NCBI GenBank assembly: GCA_950097015.1
Contig: CATNEN010000039.1
Location: forward strand, 10,230,001-10,294,000
From: Macrostomum hystrix
Taxonomy: Eukaryota > Animalia > Platyhelminthes
Direction of reading: 5' to 3'
DNA length: 64,000 bases
The translations under genes and the position numbers were made by a program. The notes below the pieces were generated by a model, which searched no databases, had not been told where the DNA came from, and saw only the letters and a program-made list of their open reading frames with translations. Each line of letters starts with the position of its first letter. The first letter of the stretch is position 1. Shown here in pieces: positions 24,601 through 36,804 of this stretch.

Positions 24601-27600
24601 AGTGACAACAGGTGAGACACTTGAATGGCAACAGGGTAAAATTGGCTCTGACCAAATTAACTGTCTTAAAACAGTTAAAAGACAACAGGTGAAACAGTTT
24701 AAAGAAACAAGGTAAAACAGTTGAATGACAACAGGTGAGACAGTTGAATGGCAACAGGTTAAAAACAGTTGAATGACAACAGGTGAGACAAATGAATGGA
24801 AACAGGTAAAACAGTTGAATGGCAACAGGTTAAAAACAGTTGAATGACAACAGGTGAGACAATTGAATGGCAACAGGTAAAACAGTTGAGTGACAACAGG
24901 TGAGACAAATGAATGACAACAGGTGAGACAGTAATTAGCCACATGTGTGGCACTGAAACGAAAACAGGGACAGGTCAGAGCAAACGGCTACATTCTGATG
25001 CCTTTTTGTCCCTAAAGCCTGATGCGACTGCAGCCCTGTTAGTGCAATATGTGAAAGGGGGCAGAGGGGCGCCCATAGTTACGGCTCTGCACTTTCCTGC
25101 TATGATCCATCTCGCTCAGCTCACAATGTCTCTCCAGCTGTCCCTCTCGGCCATCCCCCCAAAAACTGTACGCGACGATTTGGAAAAAAACTGAGTATTA
25201 GCGACTAGCCTAACAGAATAAAGAGAGTAAATGCAATGAGAGAGATGAGTTAGGGACAATGTGAGGGGTGTTTAATGCAGAGCAAACACACAGCATCATG
25301 AGCACAGCTTTAGCCTCGAATGTCGCACACTAGTTTTCAATGCGATTGAGGCTTGGGGGGACACCAGCGTCATAATGGACTGAGCTAAACTAGAGCTCAA
25401 ACCAAACCAGACTCAAGAGAGTTTACTGGAGTGCAGACAAAAGGCAGCCTGAAGTTGAAAGCTAGTTTTTTTTCTCCAGCTTTTATTATTCTTCTTTTCT
25501 TAGTTTTCTCTGCGGTTGAAAGTTTGCTTTGAATTTCCTATCTTTCGTGGCGCGATGGCTTACCGCACAATAATACATTTTTCTGTTGCTATGCTAATCG
25601 ACTGGAGAAAGTGAAAGAAAAACTTTTGATTAACTTTAAATCCTTGTCCTTATCCATTTTGATACTTGATTACACCTGCCCCAATTGGGTCAGATGTGCA
25701 GCCGACAGCACAGCCGCAGCTATTACGTGGCGCATCCGAAGGCTACGTACAGCTGGCTGTACAGTCCATGGACTGGGGGACGCCACACCCACCCTTAATT
25801 ACCCCAGCTGATGCTGGTACCCATTTAACCGCTGGGTGAACTGAATCAACGCATAATTGACACTAACTTTTCCAGCGGAGTCGGGAATCGAACCCCCGAC
25901 CTTCAAGTCGTGAGTCCGACACTCAGGGCAGCTGCGTAATAAAAAAACCAGTCCATGGACTGGGAGCCAGCCAGACCAACCCGAATTTCTCGCGAATAGA
26001 GACTCAAACCCCTGAGCACCCAGTCAGAAGTCCAAAGCTCTAATCACAGGGCTATTGAGACTCGAACCCCCGAGCACCCAGTCAGAAGTCCAAAGCTCTA
26101 ATCACATGGCTATTGAGACTCGAACCCCCGAGCACCCAGTCAGAAGTCCAAAGCTCTAATCACATGGCTATTGAGACTCAAACCCCCGAGAACCCAGTCA
26201 GAAGTCCAAAGCTCTAATCACATGGCTATTGAGACTCGAACCCCCGAGAACCCAGTCAGAAGTCCAAAGCTCTAATCACATGGCTATTGAGACTCGAACC
26301 CCCGAGCACCCAGTCAGAAGTCCAAAGCTCTAATCACATGGCTATTGAGACTCAAACCCCCGAGAACCCAGTCAGAAGTCCAAAGCTCTAATCACATGGC
26401 TATTGAGACTCGAACCCCCGAGAACCCAGTCAGAAGTCCAAAGCTCTAATCACATGGCTATTGAGACTCAAACCCCCGAGAACCCAGTCAGAAGTCCAAA
26501 GCTCTAATCACATGGCTATTGAGACTCGAACCCCCGAGCACCCAGTCAGAAGTCCAAAACTCTAATCACATGGCTTAAAAGTGGCCCAGACTCAGTCAGT
26601 GCGACTGCACTAAATTCATTCCGCAGGAAATTATTAGAAGGCGTTGGTAAATCAACTCTTCCAAGTAAACTGCTAGCAGATTGTTAGACGCATTTTAATC
26701 TACAGCTGGCCTATCAGACAATGCATGCTGGCTTTTGGCCAAACTGCAATAAAAATTTACCTGAGCAAAGGTTAGTTTGTCAGCCGAGGCCCAAAGGGCT
26801 CCGATATCTTATCAGTAGCAAGGGCTAAGGGTTTGATCGGCCCCCTAAAATTCACCCTCACTCTCGCTCACTTTATCATTTATCGGGTTACAAATCGAAA
26901 TGCAGCGCCGCTTATTCACTTTATTAAAACCTTGCGGGCTGATTCAGTGGGCGCAAAGACTCAAGGAGCTTTCGAAAATTTATGATTCAACGTTTGTTTT
27001 AACTGCCCACAGCATTCACGTGTGTCTGACTGCGTTGCTGGCAATCGTAATCCATTAATCGGAATCCAAACGTCTTAGAATTCAGATTTAGACCGATCTA
27101 TTTTTTTCAAGGGCTAGTTAGATTTGGTAGGAACTGATAAATCTAAAAAATCGTTTTTATCCGTACAAAAATCTAATTTCAAAGTTCTCAAACACTATTA
27201 TGAGAGTTACGTAAGAATCGAAACGCCAAATAATTGTGATTTCAAAGTGTTGAATTGTCGAAGAATTCGGTTTTCCTAGAATTCAGATTTCTCGGAATCT
27301 GGATTTCCAAGAAACTGGATTTCCAAGAATCTGGATTTCCGAGAATCTGAATTTCCCAGAACAAAGATTCAAAGATTCAAAGATTTCTAGGAATCCCTGT
27401 TTTCTAAGGCAGACTTCCTTTCTCACCTGCTAGCGGTGAACACGCCGTAGATGTGGGTGTCTGTCACATAGGTGTCCTGCAGCAGGTCGTAGAAGAATGG
27501 CTCGTGATCGCGCCAGGCGTCTGTGAGCATCGGCCTGGCCCAGTTGCCGCCCTCTGAGCACACCAGGCGGCTCTTGGCGTAGGAGAGCCACAGGCGCTGA

Positions 27601-30600
27601 TAGCCAGGGTCGGACTTGCAGACTCGCGCAACTCGGCTGATGGTGCGCTGCGGGCGGGAAAGCCGAAACAAGGGAGATAGAAGCGATCTCAAAAAGCTAT
27701 CCGATATGTATCGAAATACTTATGTGTACAGCATCGATTGCAGGTAATGGGGGTGTTTTTTAGTCATCTAAAGTAACTATCCGATATGTATCGAAATAAC
27801 TGTGAGTATAGCACATATTACCTAGGCAATCAGAGTAGTTTTAGCTTTAAAGATATTCTAACCGATATGTATCGAAAAAATATGGTATTGACTGGCCGCG
27901 ATAGTTTTCTCGGGATAATTTTAAACAGGCTGTTTTTCATTTTTCAGTCTTCCCGAACAACCACCCGATTAAGTAGACACTCAACTTATCCAGGATAAAA
28001 ATAAAAAGACAAAAGAACTAAATAAGACGGGACTCAAACCTCAGCTTTGGTACCGCAAGTGCCCATCTCCTCGTAATTCTCCTGAAAGAAGTAGTACACA
28101 TAATCTCCGACAATGTGGACGCTGATGAACTTGGCTGGCTCTGAAATGAGGGCGAGGAAATTCATTTTGGCTTCATTGACAGCTTAGCGAAGAGGTTTAA
28201 TTCGGCTTGATAACTTTAAACTTTATAATCTACCTTTCTACATAATACTACCTGTTACACTCACAATTCTACCTGTTAGACTCGCAATCCAACCTGTTAG
28301 ACTCATAATCCTACCTGTTAGACTCACAATCCTACCTGTTAGACTCGCTATCCTGCCAGTTAGACTCGCTATCCTACCTGTTAGACTCGCTATCCTGCCA
28401 GTTAGACTCACAATCCTACCTGTTAGACTCGCTATCCTACCTGTTAGACTCGCTATCCTACCTGTTAGACTCGCTATCCTACCTGTTAGACTCGCTATCC
28501 TGCCAGTTAGACTCGCTATCCTGCCTGTTACACTCACAATCCTACCTGTTACACTCACAATCCTACCTGTTACACTCACAATCCTACCTGTTAGTCTCGC
28601 TATCCTACCTGTTAGACTCACAATTCTACCTGTTACACTCAAAATCCTACCTGTTAGACTCGCTATCCTACCTGTTAGACTCGCTATCCTACCTGTTAGA
28701 CTCACTATCCTGCCAGTTTGACTCACAATCCTATCTGTTTGACTCACAATCCTACCTGTTACACTCACAATTCTACCTGTTAGACTCACAATTCTACCTG
28801 TTAGACTCACAATCCTACCTGTTAGACTCACAATCCTACCTGTTACACTCACAATTCTACCTGTTAGACTCACAATCCTACCTGTTAGACTCGCTATCCT
28901 ACCTGTTAGACTCACTATCCTGCCAGTTTGACTCACAATCCTACCTGTTTGACTCACAATCCTACCTGTTACACTCACAATTCTACCTGTTAGACTCACA
29001 ATTCTACCTGTTCGACTCACAATCCTACCTGTTAGACTAGCAATCCAACCTAATCCAACTTGTTTGACTTACAATCCTACCAGGTAGACTCCCAATCCTA
29101 CCTGTTAGACTCGCAATCTTACCAATTCGACCAACAACCTGTTACTCACTGTAGATGGACTTCATTCCCCGGGACAGCTGCATGTCCTGATTGGTGCGGA
29201 TGGCATCACCGCTGGGCACCAGGCTGGACCGGAAGATGGCGGGGTCGGCTCGGCCGGGCCGCAAGAAGGCGCCAACGAAGATCTGCTTGTCCTCCATGGC
29301 GATGACCTTCTCCGACTGCAGGTCGGAGTCCTGGAGCTGGATGGTGTAGGACCCGAACGAGGTCTTCGGCTGCATGGCGGACCGCAAGGAGCAAATCGGG
29401 GTTGCCATCACACTACCGCAGACAAGCAGCTTGAAGTCGTTGGTGGCTTGCAGGGCGAAGATTCTGTTCTCTGGGCATTTGTCCTGCGCGGGAGAGAAAA
29501 TGGAGGGACGGTCTTGCGACTGAAGAAACAACAGGGGAAAGAGCCAACCTACAACAGGGGAAAGAGCCAACCTACAACAGGGGAAAGAGCCAACCTACAA
29601 CAGGGGAAAGAGCCAACCTACAACAGGGGAAAGAGCCAACCTACAACAGGGGAAAGAGCCAACCTACAACAGGGGAAAGAGCCAACCTACAACAGGGGAA
29701 AGAGCCAACCTACAACAGGGGAAAGAGCCAACCTACAACAGGGGAAAGAGCCAACCTACAACAGGGGAAAGAGCCAACCTACAACAGAGGAAAGAGCCAA
29801 CATACAACAGGGGAAAGAGCCAACCTACAACAGGGGAAAGAGCCAACATACAACAGGGGAAAGAGCCAACATACAACAGGGGAAAGAGCCAACCTACAAC
29901 AGGGGCAAGAGCCAACCTACAACAGGGGAAAGAGCCAACCTACAACAGGGGAAAGAGCCAACCTACAACAGGGGAAAGAGCCAACCTACAACAGGGAAAG
30001 AGCCAACCTACAACAGGGGAAAGAGCCAACCTACAACAGGGGAAAGAGCCAACCTACAACAGGGAAAGAGCCAACCTACAACAGGGGAAAGAGCCAACCT
30101 ACAACAGGGGAAAGAGCCAACCTACAACAGGGGAAAGAGCCAACCTACAACAGGGGAAAGAGCCAACCTACAACAGGGAAAGAGCCAACCTACAACAGGG
30201 AAAGAGCCAACCTACAACAGGGGAAAGAGCCAACCTACAACAGGGGAAAGAGCCAACCTACAACAGGGGAAAGAGCCAACCTACAACAGGGGAAAGAGCC
30301 AACCTACAACAGGGGAAAGAGCCAACCTACAACAGGGGAAAGAGCCAACCTACAACAGGGGAAAGAGCCAACCTACAACAGGGGAAAGAGCCAACCTACA
30401 ACAGGGGAAAGAGCTAATCTGCTACACGAAAAAAATACAAGAACCTTGCTAGGCCCAAAAAATGCGTCAAAGAATCGAACCTTTGCAACTCCGTGAAGCT
30501 GGCAGTTTCGCAGGACCGTGTCCTCCCGCTTGGAAGACCATTCGATAGTGTCCTCCACCTCCATGGTCCGCAGGCCGACTTTAATAATATGATTCCTGGA

Positions 30601-31517
30601 AAGTGCACATTTGAATTAGCGCTCCGACTCAAAAGCGTTTTTTAATGCGGCTAAAATTTGTTTCAACCTAAAATTAGCTCGAAGACGCAAAACAATTTAT
30701 TTTCATTTAGAAAAAACGAGAAGATTAGAAGCTTAAAGTCAGACAGCATCACAATAAAAAGACACTGGCTTTGGAATTTTCCATTCTGAATTTCGCATCA
30801 GGGCGGAAACTCACGGAACGGCCACGTAGATGAATTCAGGGTTGCGCATGGGCACGACGGCAATGAAGCTGAAGTTTGAATGCTCGCGAAATGGAAACGG
30901 CACAGCGACGCCCGACTCCACCAGACCTGCGGGCGTTGAAGTTCGCTTTGCTTAACACTCTTCAACACACTTCGAGTGTGAGGCACATAAGGTTGTCCGC
31001 AGACATCAGTGGTATAGAACTAAAAGGGGCGTCCACAGACACCAGTTGCTATGGAACCGAAACGGGTGTCCGAAGACACCAGTTGTATAGAGCTAAAACA
31101 GGTGTCCATAGACACCAAATGCTATAGAACTAAAAGGGGGCGTCTGCAGACACCTGCAGTTGCAATGGAAAAAAAATGGGGCGTCCGAAGACACCAGTTA
31201 AATAGAACTAAAACTAGTGTCCGCAGGCACCATTTGTTATGAAACTAAAAGGGGTTGTCCGCAGACACAAGTTGCTACGGTACTAAAAGGGGGCGTCTGC
31301 AGACACCAGCTGTATAGAACCAAAAGGCGGTGTCCGTAGAAATCAACAGAAGAAGCAGCTAAGCAGACTTGCCGCAGCCGCACTCACTCTGCAAGCTGAC
31401 TGCCGGCGACTCGCTTGACTCCGCCGAGGCGACGAACGCCATCAGAGTCAGGCAGGCGAACAGCGCAGCGCCGACACATCGGCGTCGACAATCCTTCAAC
31501 TGAATGTCGGTCCGCAT
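18624..31517 (-). CDS. SEMA5: Class-5 semaphorin (signal peptide, Sema, PSI, TSP1 repeats, TM, Pro/Gln-rich cytoplasmic tail)
   Basis: Phase-consistent exons 31517-31388, 30926-30815, 30595-30481, 29483-29150, 28140-28040, 27647-27427, 24438-24279, 23445-22533, 21892-21698, 21344-21129, 20794-20603, 19876-18624. Sema motifs YVYYFFQE, SRVARVCKSDPG, KSRLVCS, SAICGF. PSI motif CLAARDPHCGW. Several WSxWSxC TSP1 repeats. TM segment MVAVVCLTAVLVACLVGGAVAFCL. Confidence 0.93.
20420..20523 (+). mobile_element. SINE fragment (3' body of the family at 58740-59093)
   Basis: atgagaaaataagggaagatctccacacctgtgtgagtgtgtgctcag resembles atgagaaagtgagggcagatgtacacacctgtgtgag...gtgtgtgcttag in the full copy. 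Confidence 0.55.
21430..21572. mobile_element. Rearranged SINE copy (same family as 58740-59093)
   Basis: 21430-21531 matches the B-box and body of the SINE in forward orientation. 21537-21572 is identical to 58769-58804, i.e. the SINE tail in the opposite orientation. Confidence 0.7.
21993..22510. repeat. Intronic 22-bp minisatellite (gggtgtcttgacagactctaca)
   Basis: Tandem units. Confidence 0.95.
23550..24216. repeat. Intronic 33-bp minisatellite (atgggataatttggtagattgtcaaatgcc core)
   Basis: Tandem units. Confidence 0.95.
24470..24931. repeat. Degenerate ~22-bp minisatellite (caacaggtgagacagttgaatg)
   Basis: Tandem units next to the acceptor at 24439. Confidence 0.9.
25650..25935 (-). 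mobile_element. tRNA-derived SINE (second family)
   Basis: The minus strand has a tRNA-like head with a B box (gggggttcgattccc), followed by ttcacccagcggttaaatgggtacc, which resembles conserved central SINE domains. It shares cccagtccatggactg with the adjacent element. Confidence 0.65.
25999..26575 (-). repeat. 58-bp tandem array (~10 copies) of a tRNA/SINE head
   Basis: Minus-strand unit tagccatgtgattagagctttggacttctgactgggtgctcgggggttcgagtctcaa, with an A-box-like and a B-box motif. Confidence 0.85.
28245..29115. repeat. Intronic 21-bp minisatellite (sense strand gtgagtctaacaggtaggatt)
   Basis: Fills intron 28141-29149. Confidence 0.95.
29527..30413. repeat. Intronic 23-bp minisatellite (acaacaggggaaagagccaacct)
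   Basis: Fills intron 29484-30480. Confidence 0.95.
30995..31340. repeat. Degenerate ~40-bp tandem repeat (gtccgcagacaccagttgctatagaactaaaaggggc-like)
   Basis: Diverged tandem units in the first coding intron of the semaphorin. Confidence 0.75.
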
Positions 31518-32813
31518 GACGAAACCACCTGCTTTGCAGCTGCTGTTGCGCCCATCGGCTGCGGCTGTTGCGGCGGCCGGATCTGAGCCTGCTCTTCCGT
31601 TGCTGGCCGTCGCGGCTCGGTAAAGAAACACCAAAAAAGCAAACAAGATAGAAGTCCACAGGGACCTCTTATTCAACTACACTTTCCGTTGCTATGGAAA
31701 CAGCGGCCTTTAAAAATCGATTCTTTCCGCTACTTTAAACTGGCTTCGAATTTGCGCGCGCCGCTTTTCGGCGAGAGCGAAAATTTGCTAGTAAAGCACG
31801 CAATGGAATGAAGAAAGGAAAGAATAGAGAGGGGCCTGTTTAAATCATAGTCAATGTGCTTCTTATAAAAAGAGAGACAGACAGACAGAAGAAAAAGACA
31901 GAGAGCAATGAATGAAGCCTTCGGGCCTTGCTAAATTACCAGCCCTGCCTACGGAGTGGAGTGGGTAGAGGGGAGTGAGGCGGGCTCTGGTCGACTTTCT
32001 ACCGAGAGGCCAGCGGAGGAGGGGTCAGCGCGCAGGCCCACGGAGCAGTCAACTTATATTATTATTTATTTGTCATTTTCAAATTGAGGTTTCAGCAGCG
32101 GTGGCAGCGGTGGCAGCAATGCACTGTAAACTGCCAGAGCTGCAAACGCTTATACCTTCAGATGCCCAACAGGTTTGAGGGTCCCACTGAAGGGAATGAG
32201 TGAAGGGCGAAGGAGCGACCCAGTCTAAGTTAGTGAGCACGACTCAAAAGGCAGCAATCTCCTATATTCTGTCTTTATTTTCTTTGATGACAAAAGAGCC
32301 AAGGGAGGGTGGGTGCTCAGGTGGTGCTCAGGTGACTTCGCTTATTAAACATTAGCCGCAGTTCTTTGTATGACTGCGGTGTTTTAATTGCGGCATAAAC
32401 AATGGCGGCGCTCAACTTGCTTATCGCTGACGACATTTTTCTCGACTTCTTCGTCTCGATTCGAAACGATTGATAGCTGTTTGTTGCCGTGAATCAGGAA
32501 GATATCAATTACAATACGTGTGCAAGGGCGAGCTACCAGTAGTACATGCATTTCTGTTGTCTACCTGAAATTACTTGAATAGTTCAGGTGTGTGTGTTGA
32601 CCCCTCTCCAAGCAAATGAGGGAGCACAGATCTCTCTCTGTGTATGTGCGTTGTTTCGCCTATCTTATCTGAATGCTACTCAAAGGCCCCCTCTCTCTCT
32701 CTAAAACAAAGATGCCATCTCGACACCTGTCAATCATTCTCTCTTCTGTCTGAAAAAGCTGCTACTAAATGAGCTGTAATTGTTCTGGCAGGTGTTTTCT
32801 CCTTGCATCGCTA

Positions 32814-33400
32814 CAGGTGATGCAACCTGCATAACAGCTAGTGCAATAGTAGAACAGGTGATGCAACCTGCATAACAGCTAGTGCAATAGTAAAACAGGT
32901 GATGCAACCTGCATAACAGCTAGTGCAATAGTAGAACAGGTGATGCAACCTGCATAACAGCTAGTGCAATAGTAGAACAGGTGATGCAACCTGCATTACA
33001 GCTAGTGCAATAGTAGAACAGGTGATGCAACCTGCATAACAGCTAGTGCAATAGTAGAACAGGTGATGCAACCTGCATAACAGCTAGTGCAATAGTAGAA
33101 CAGGTGATGCAACCTGCATAACAGCTAGTGCAATAGTAGAACAGGTGATGCAACCTGCATTACAGCTAGTGCAATAGTAGAACAGTTGATGCAACCTGCA
33201 TTACAGCTAGTGCAATAGTAGAACAGGTGATGCAACCTGCATTACAGCTAGTGCAATAGTAGAACAGGCGATGCAACCTGCATAACAGCTAGTGCAATAG
33301 TAGAACAGGTGATGCAACCTGCATAACAGCTAGTGCAATAGTAGAACAGGTGATGCAACCTGCATAACAGCTAGTGCAATAGTAGAACAGGTGATGCAAC
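32814..33400. repeat. 41-bp minisatellite, ~14 copies (acaggtgatgcaacctgcataacagctagtgcaatagtaga)
   Basis: Tandem units. Confidence 0.95.
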
Positions 33401-33899
33401 ATGAAAATGTATCCAATAAATGAAAGTGTAAACATGTTTAGAGATCGCAATTGAGCTGTGCTAATCAGTACTCATTGAATCGAATTCAGTTTACTAAAAA
33501 TGTTATGGCCAGGTGAAGTTTGCACGTCAATAAAACAGAGTAGAAATCTTATCGCCGGCAATTTTAATGCTGAAATTTTCACTAGACTGATAAATAGGGT
33601 TATATGAGAATATTGACACAATGTGTAACCCGATTGCTGCTTCGATAACAGACTCGCCGCTAAACAGTAAGATTATAGATCATCTGTATAGCCAAACAGG
33701 TGTTGTGGAGATTTTGGCAAGATGGCGACTTTCGCACAGTTCGTCTAAATATGGCATTGCACAAACCAATTTAACTGTTCCAGAATCTGTTAGACATGTT
33801 TAGAACCTGTTAGACAGGTTTAAAAATGTAGTTACATACACATAGTGCAGCATTTGTGTGACCTTCGCTGGGGTGGTCAACAGTATATTGTTTGGCGTG

Positions 33900-34718
33900 G
33901 CTTAGAGCCAGTGTACATTGTTGGGGGTTGTATAGAGCCAGTTGTACATTTTTGGGGGTTGTCTAGAGCCAGTGTACATTGTTGGGGGTTGTCCAGGGCC
34001 AGTGTACATTGTTGGGGTTGTCCAGATCCAGTGTACATTGTTGGGGGTTGTCTAGAGCACGTGTACACTGTTGGGGGTTGTCTAGAGCACGTGTACACTG
34101 TTGGGGGGTTGTCTAGAGCCAGTGTATATTGTTGGGGGTTGTCTAGAACCAGTGTACATTGTTAAGGGTTGTCTAGAGCACGTGTACACTGTTGGGGGTT
34201 GTCTAGAGCCAGTGTACATTGTTGGGGTTGTCCAGATCCAGTGTACATTGTTAAGGGTTGTCTAGAGCACGTGTACACTGTTGGGGGTTGTCTAGAGCCA
34301 GTGTACATTGTTGGGGTTGTCCAGATCCAGTGTACATTGTTAAGGGTTGTCTAGAGCACGTGTACACTGTTGGGGGTTGTCTAGAGCCAGTGTACATTGT
34401 TGGGGGTTGTCCAGGGCCAGTGTACATTGTTGGGGTTGTCCAGATCCAGTGTACATTGTTAAGGGTTGTCTAGAGCACGTGTACACTGTTGGGGGGTTGT
34501 CTAGAGCCAGTGTACATTGTTGGGGGTTGTCTAGAACCAGTGTACATTGTTAAGGGTTGTCTAGAGCACGTGTACATTGTTGGGGGTTGTCCAGAGCACG
34601 TTTACACTGTTGGGGGTTGTATAGAGCCAGTGTACATTGTTGGGGGTTGTCTAGAGCCAGTGTACAATGTTTGAGGTTGTCTAGAGCCAGTGTACATTGT
34701 TTGAGGTTGTCTAGAGCC
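33900..34718. repeat. 30-bp minisatellite (gtctagagccagtgtacattgttgggggtt), block 1
   Basis: Tandem units. Confidence 0.95.
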
Positions 34719-35606
34719 TTTATCCATAGGCAAACCAATTTTCCCTAGGTTTATCTTGCAGCACTTATTAAACATGTTTAGTACTTGTTAGACAGATTTA
34801 TAATAGATACTGCTACTATGGATTCAGATGTGGACCAAGTTCATTTCTAAAATGAATCTTCATTCCGCCATGAGTATGCGGAAAGTTGTACCGAAAGAAC
34901 ACATAGGAACAAAATCCACACACATTCAGACCGGACCGCATAGCTTGTTTTTGTAGGTTAGAAAAAGATTTTCTTAGTCAGGTCATTTACGTTGAAAACA
35001 GTGTCAATAGCAGAGCGATTCGCAAACAGAAGAATTTCTTGTTTATCACCTGTCAGTCCGCAGCTTCATTTCTATTTGTCTCTCTGGCCATCTCTGGGCC
35101 TCTCAAAGCTTGAGCTTGTGGTGAATCCACAGCAATAAACAACTTGCCAATTGCTGTCTTCGAATCTACTACTTTCTAGACTACTACCATTAGTAGAGTA
35201 GTAAGGAACATTTAACTAGAATTAAGTCGAATCCAGTGACACGAATCAGAGGTTTTAATCTAATTTTGAAATGTAATTATCATTTGTAGGTTTTCTACGC
35301 TTAAAAATATATTTACTAATCCAGTTGCACACAGACTCGAGAAAGTAAATATAACGAAAACCACAAAATGCTTGATCAATAATGTAGATTTAAGGTGCGA
35401 CAGCTGATTACATCAATAACGAAAAAAGAAAACAGCTGATTATTCTGAGAACAAATATTTCTGCGCTAATTCTACTGAATAATAAGATACATAACTTTTT
35501 GAATCATTTTTGGCTACTGACAAATATAAAAAGGCACTTTTAAGAGACTTAATAAATCTTCGAAAAATTACATAATTTGTAAGCAAAAATGCACACTATG
35601 ATAGGA

Positions 35607-36638
35607 CTTGTCTAGAGCCAGTGTGCATTCCTGTGGGGTGTCTAGCGCCAGTGTACATTTTTTGGGGTTGTCCAGAGCCAGTGTACATTGCTGGGGGTTG
35701 TTCAGAGCCAGTGTAAATTGTTAGGGGCTGTTCAGAGCCAGTGTACATTGTTAGGGGCTGTTCAGAGCCAGTGTACATTGTTAGGGGTTGTTCAGAGCCA
35801 GTGTACATTGTTTGGGGTTGTCTAGGGCCAGTGTACATTGTTTGGGGTTGTCTAGGGCCAGTGTACATTGTTTGGGGTTGTCTAGGGCCAGTGTACATTG
35901 TTTGGGGTTGTCTAGGGCCAGTGTACATTGTTTGGGGTTGTCTAGGGCCAGTGTACATTGTTTCGGGTTGTCCACATCCAGTGTACATTGTTAGGGGTTG
36001 TTCAGAGCCAGTGTATATTGTTAGGGGTTGTTCAGAGCCAGTGTACATTTTTGGGGTTGTCCAGAGCCAGTGTACATTGCTGAGGGTTGTTCAGAGCCAG
36101 TGTACATTGTTTGGGGTTGTCTAGGGCCAGTGTACATTGTTTGGGGTTGTCTAGGGCCAGTGTACATTGTTTGGGGTTGTCCACATCCAGTGTACATTGT
36201 TAGGGGTTGTTCAGAGCCAGTGTATATTGTTAGGGGTTGTTCAGAGCCAGTGTACATTTTTGGGGTTGTCCAGAGCCAGTGTACATTGCTGAGGGTTGTT
36301 CAGAGCCAGTGTACATTGTTTGGGGTTGTCTAGGGCCAGTGTACATTGTTTGGGGTTGTCCAAATCCAGTGTACATTGTTTGGGGTTGTCCACATCCAGT
36401 GTACATTGTTAGGGGTTGTTCAGAGCCAGTGTACATTGTTAGGGGTTGTTCAGAGCCAGTGTACATTGTTAGGGGTTGTTCAGAGCCAGTGTACATTGTT
36501 TGGGGTTGTTCAGAGCCAGTGTACATTGTTAGGGGTTGTCTAGGGCCAGTGTACATTTTTTGGGGTTGTTCAGAGCCAGTGTACATTGTTAGGGGTTGTT
36601 CAGAGCCAGTGTACATTGTTTGGGGTTGTTCAGAGCCT
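35607..36638. repeat. 30-bp minisatellite, block 2 (same family as 33900-34718)
   Basis: Tandem units sharing gccagtgtacattgtt. Confidence 0.95.
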
Positions 36639-36739
36639 TTATCGGAATGTTTCTGAGAATCATAAATCTACTGGTATTTAAGAAACATGCGATCCCATAT
36701 TATACTGAAAGCAGTCAGTTATAAGTATTTTATTGAACC

Positions 36740-36772
36740 CTAATCCCAATCATCTTCTTCGCCGCTGCCGCT

Positions 36773-36804
<32 letters not shown>

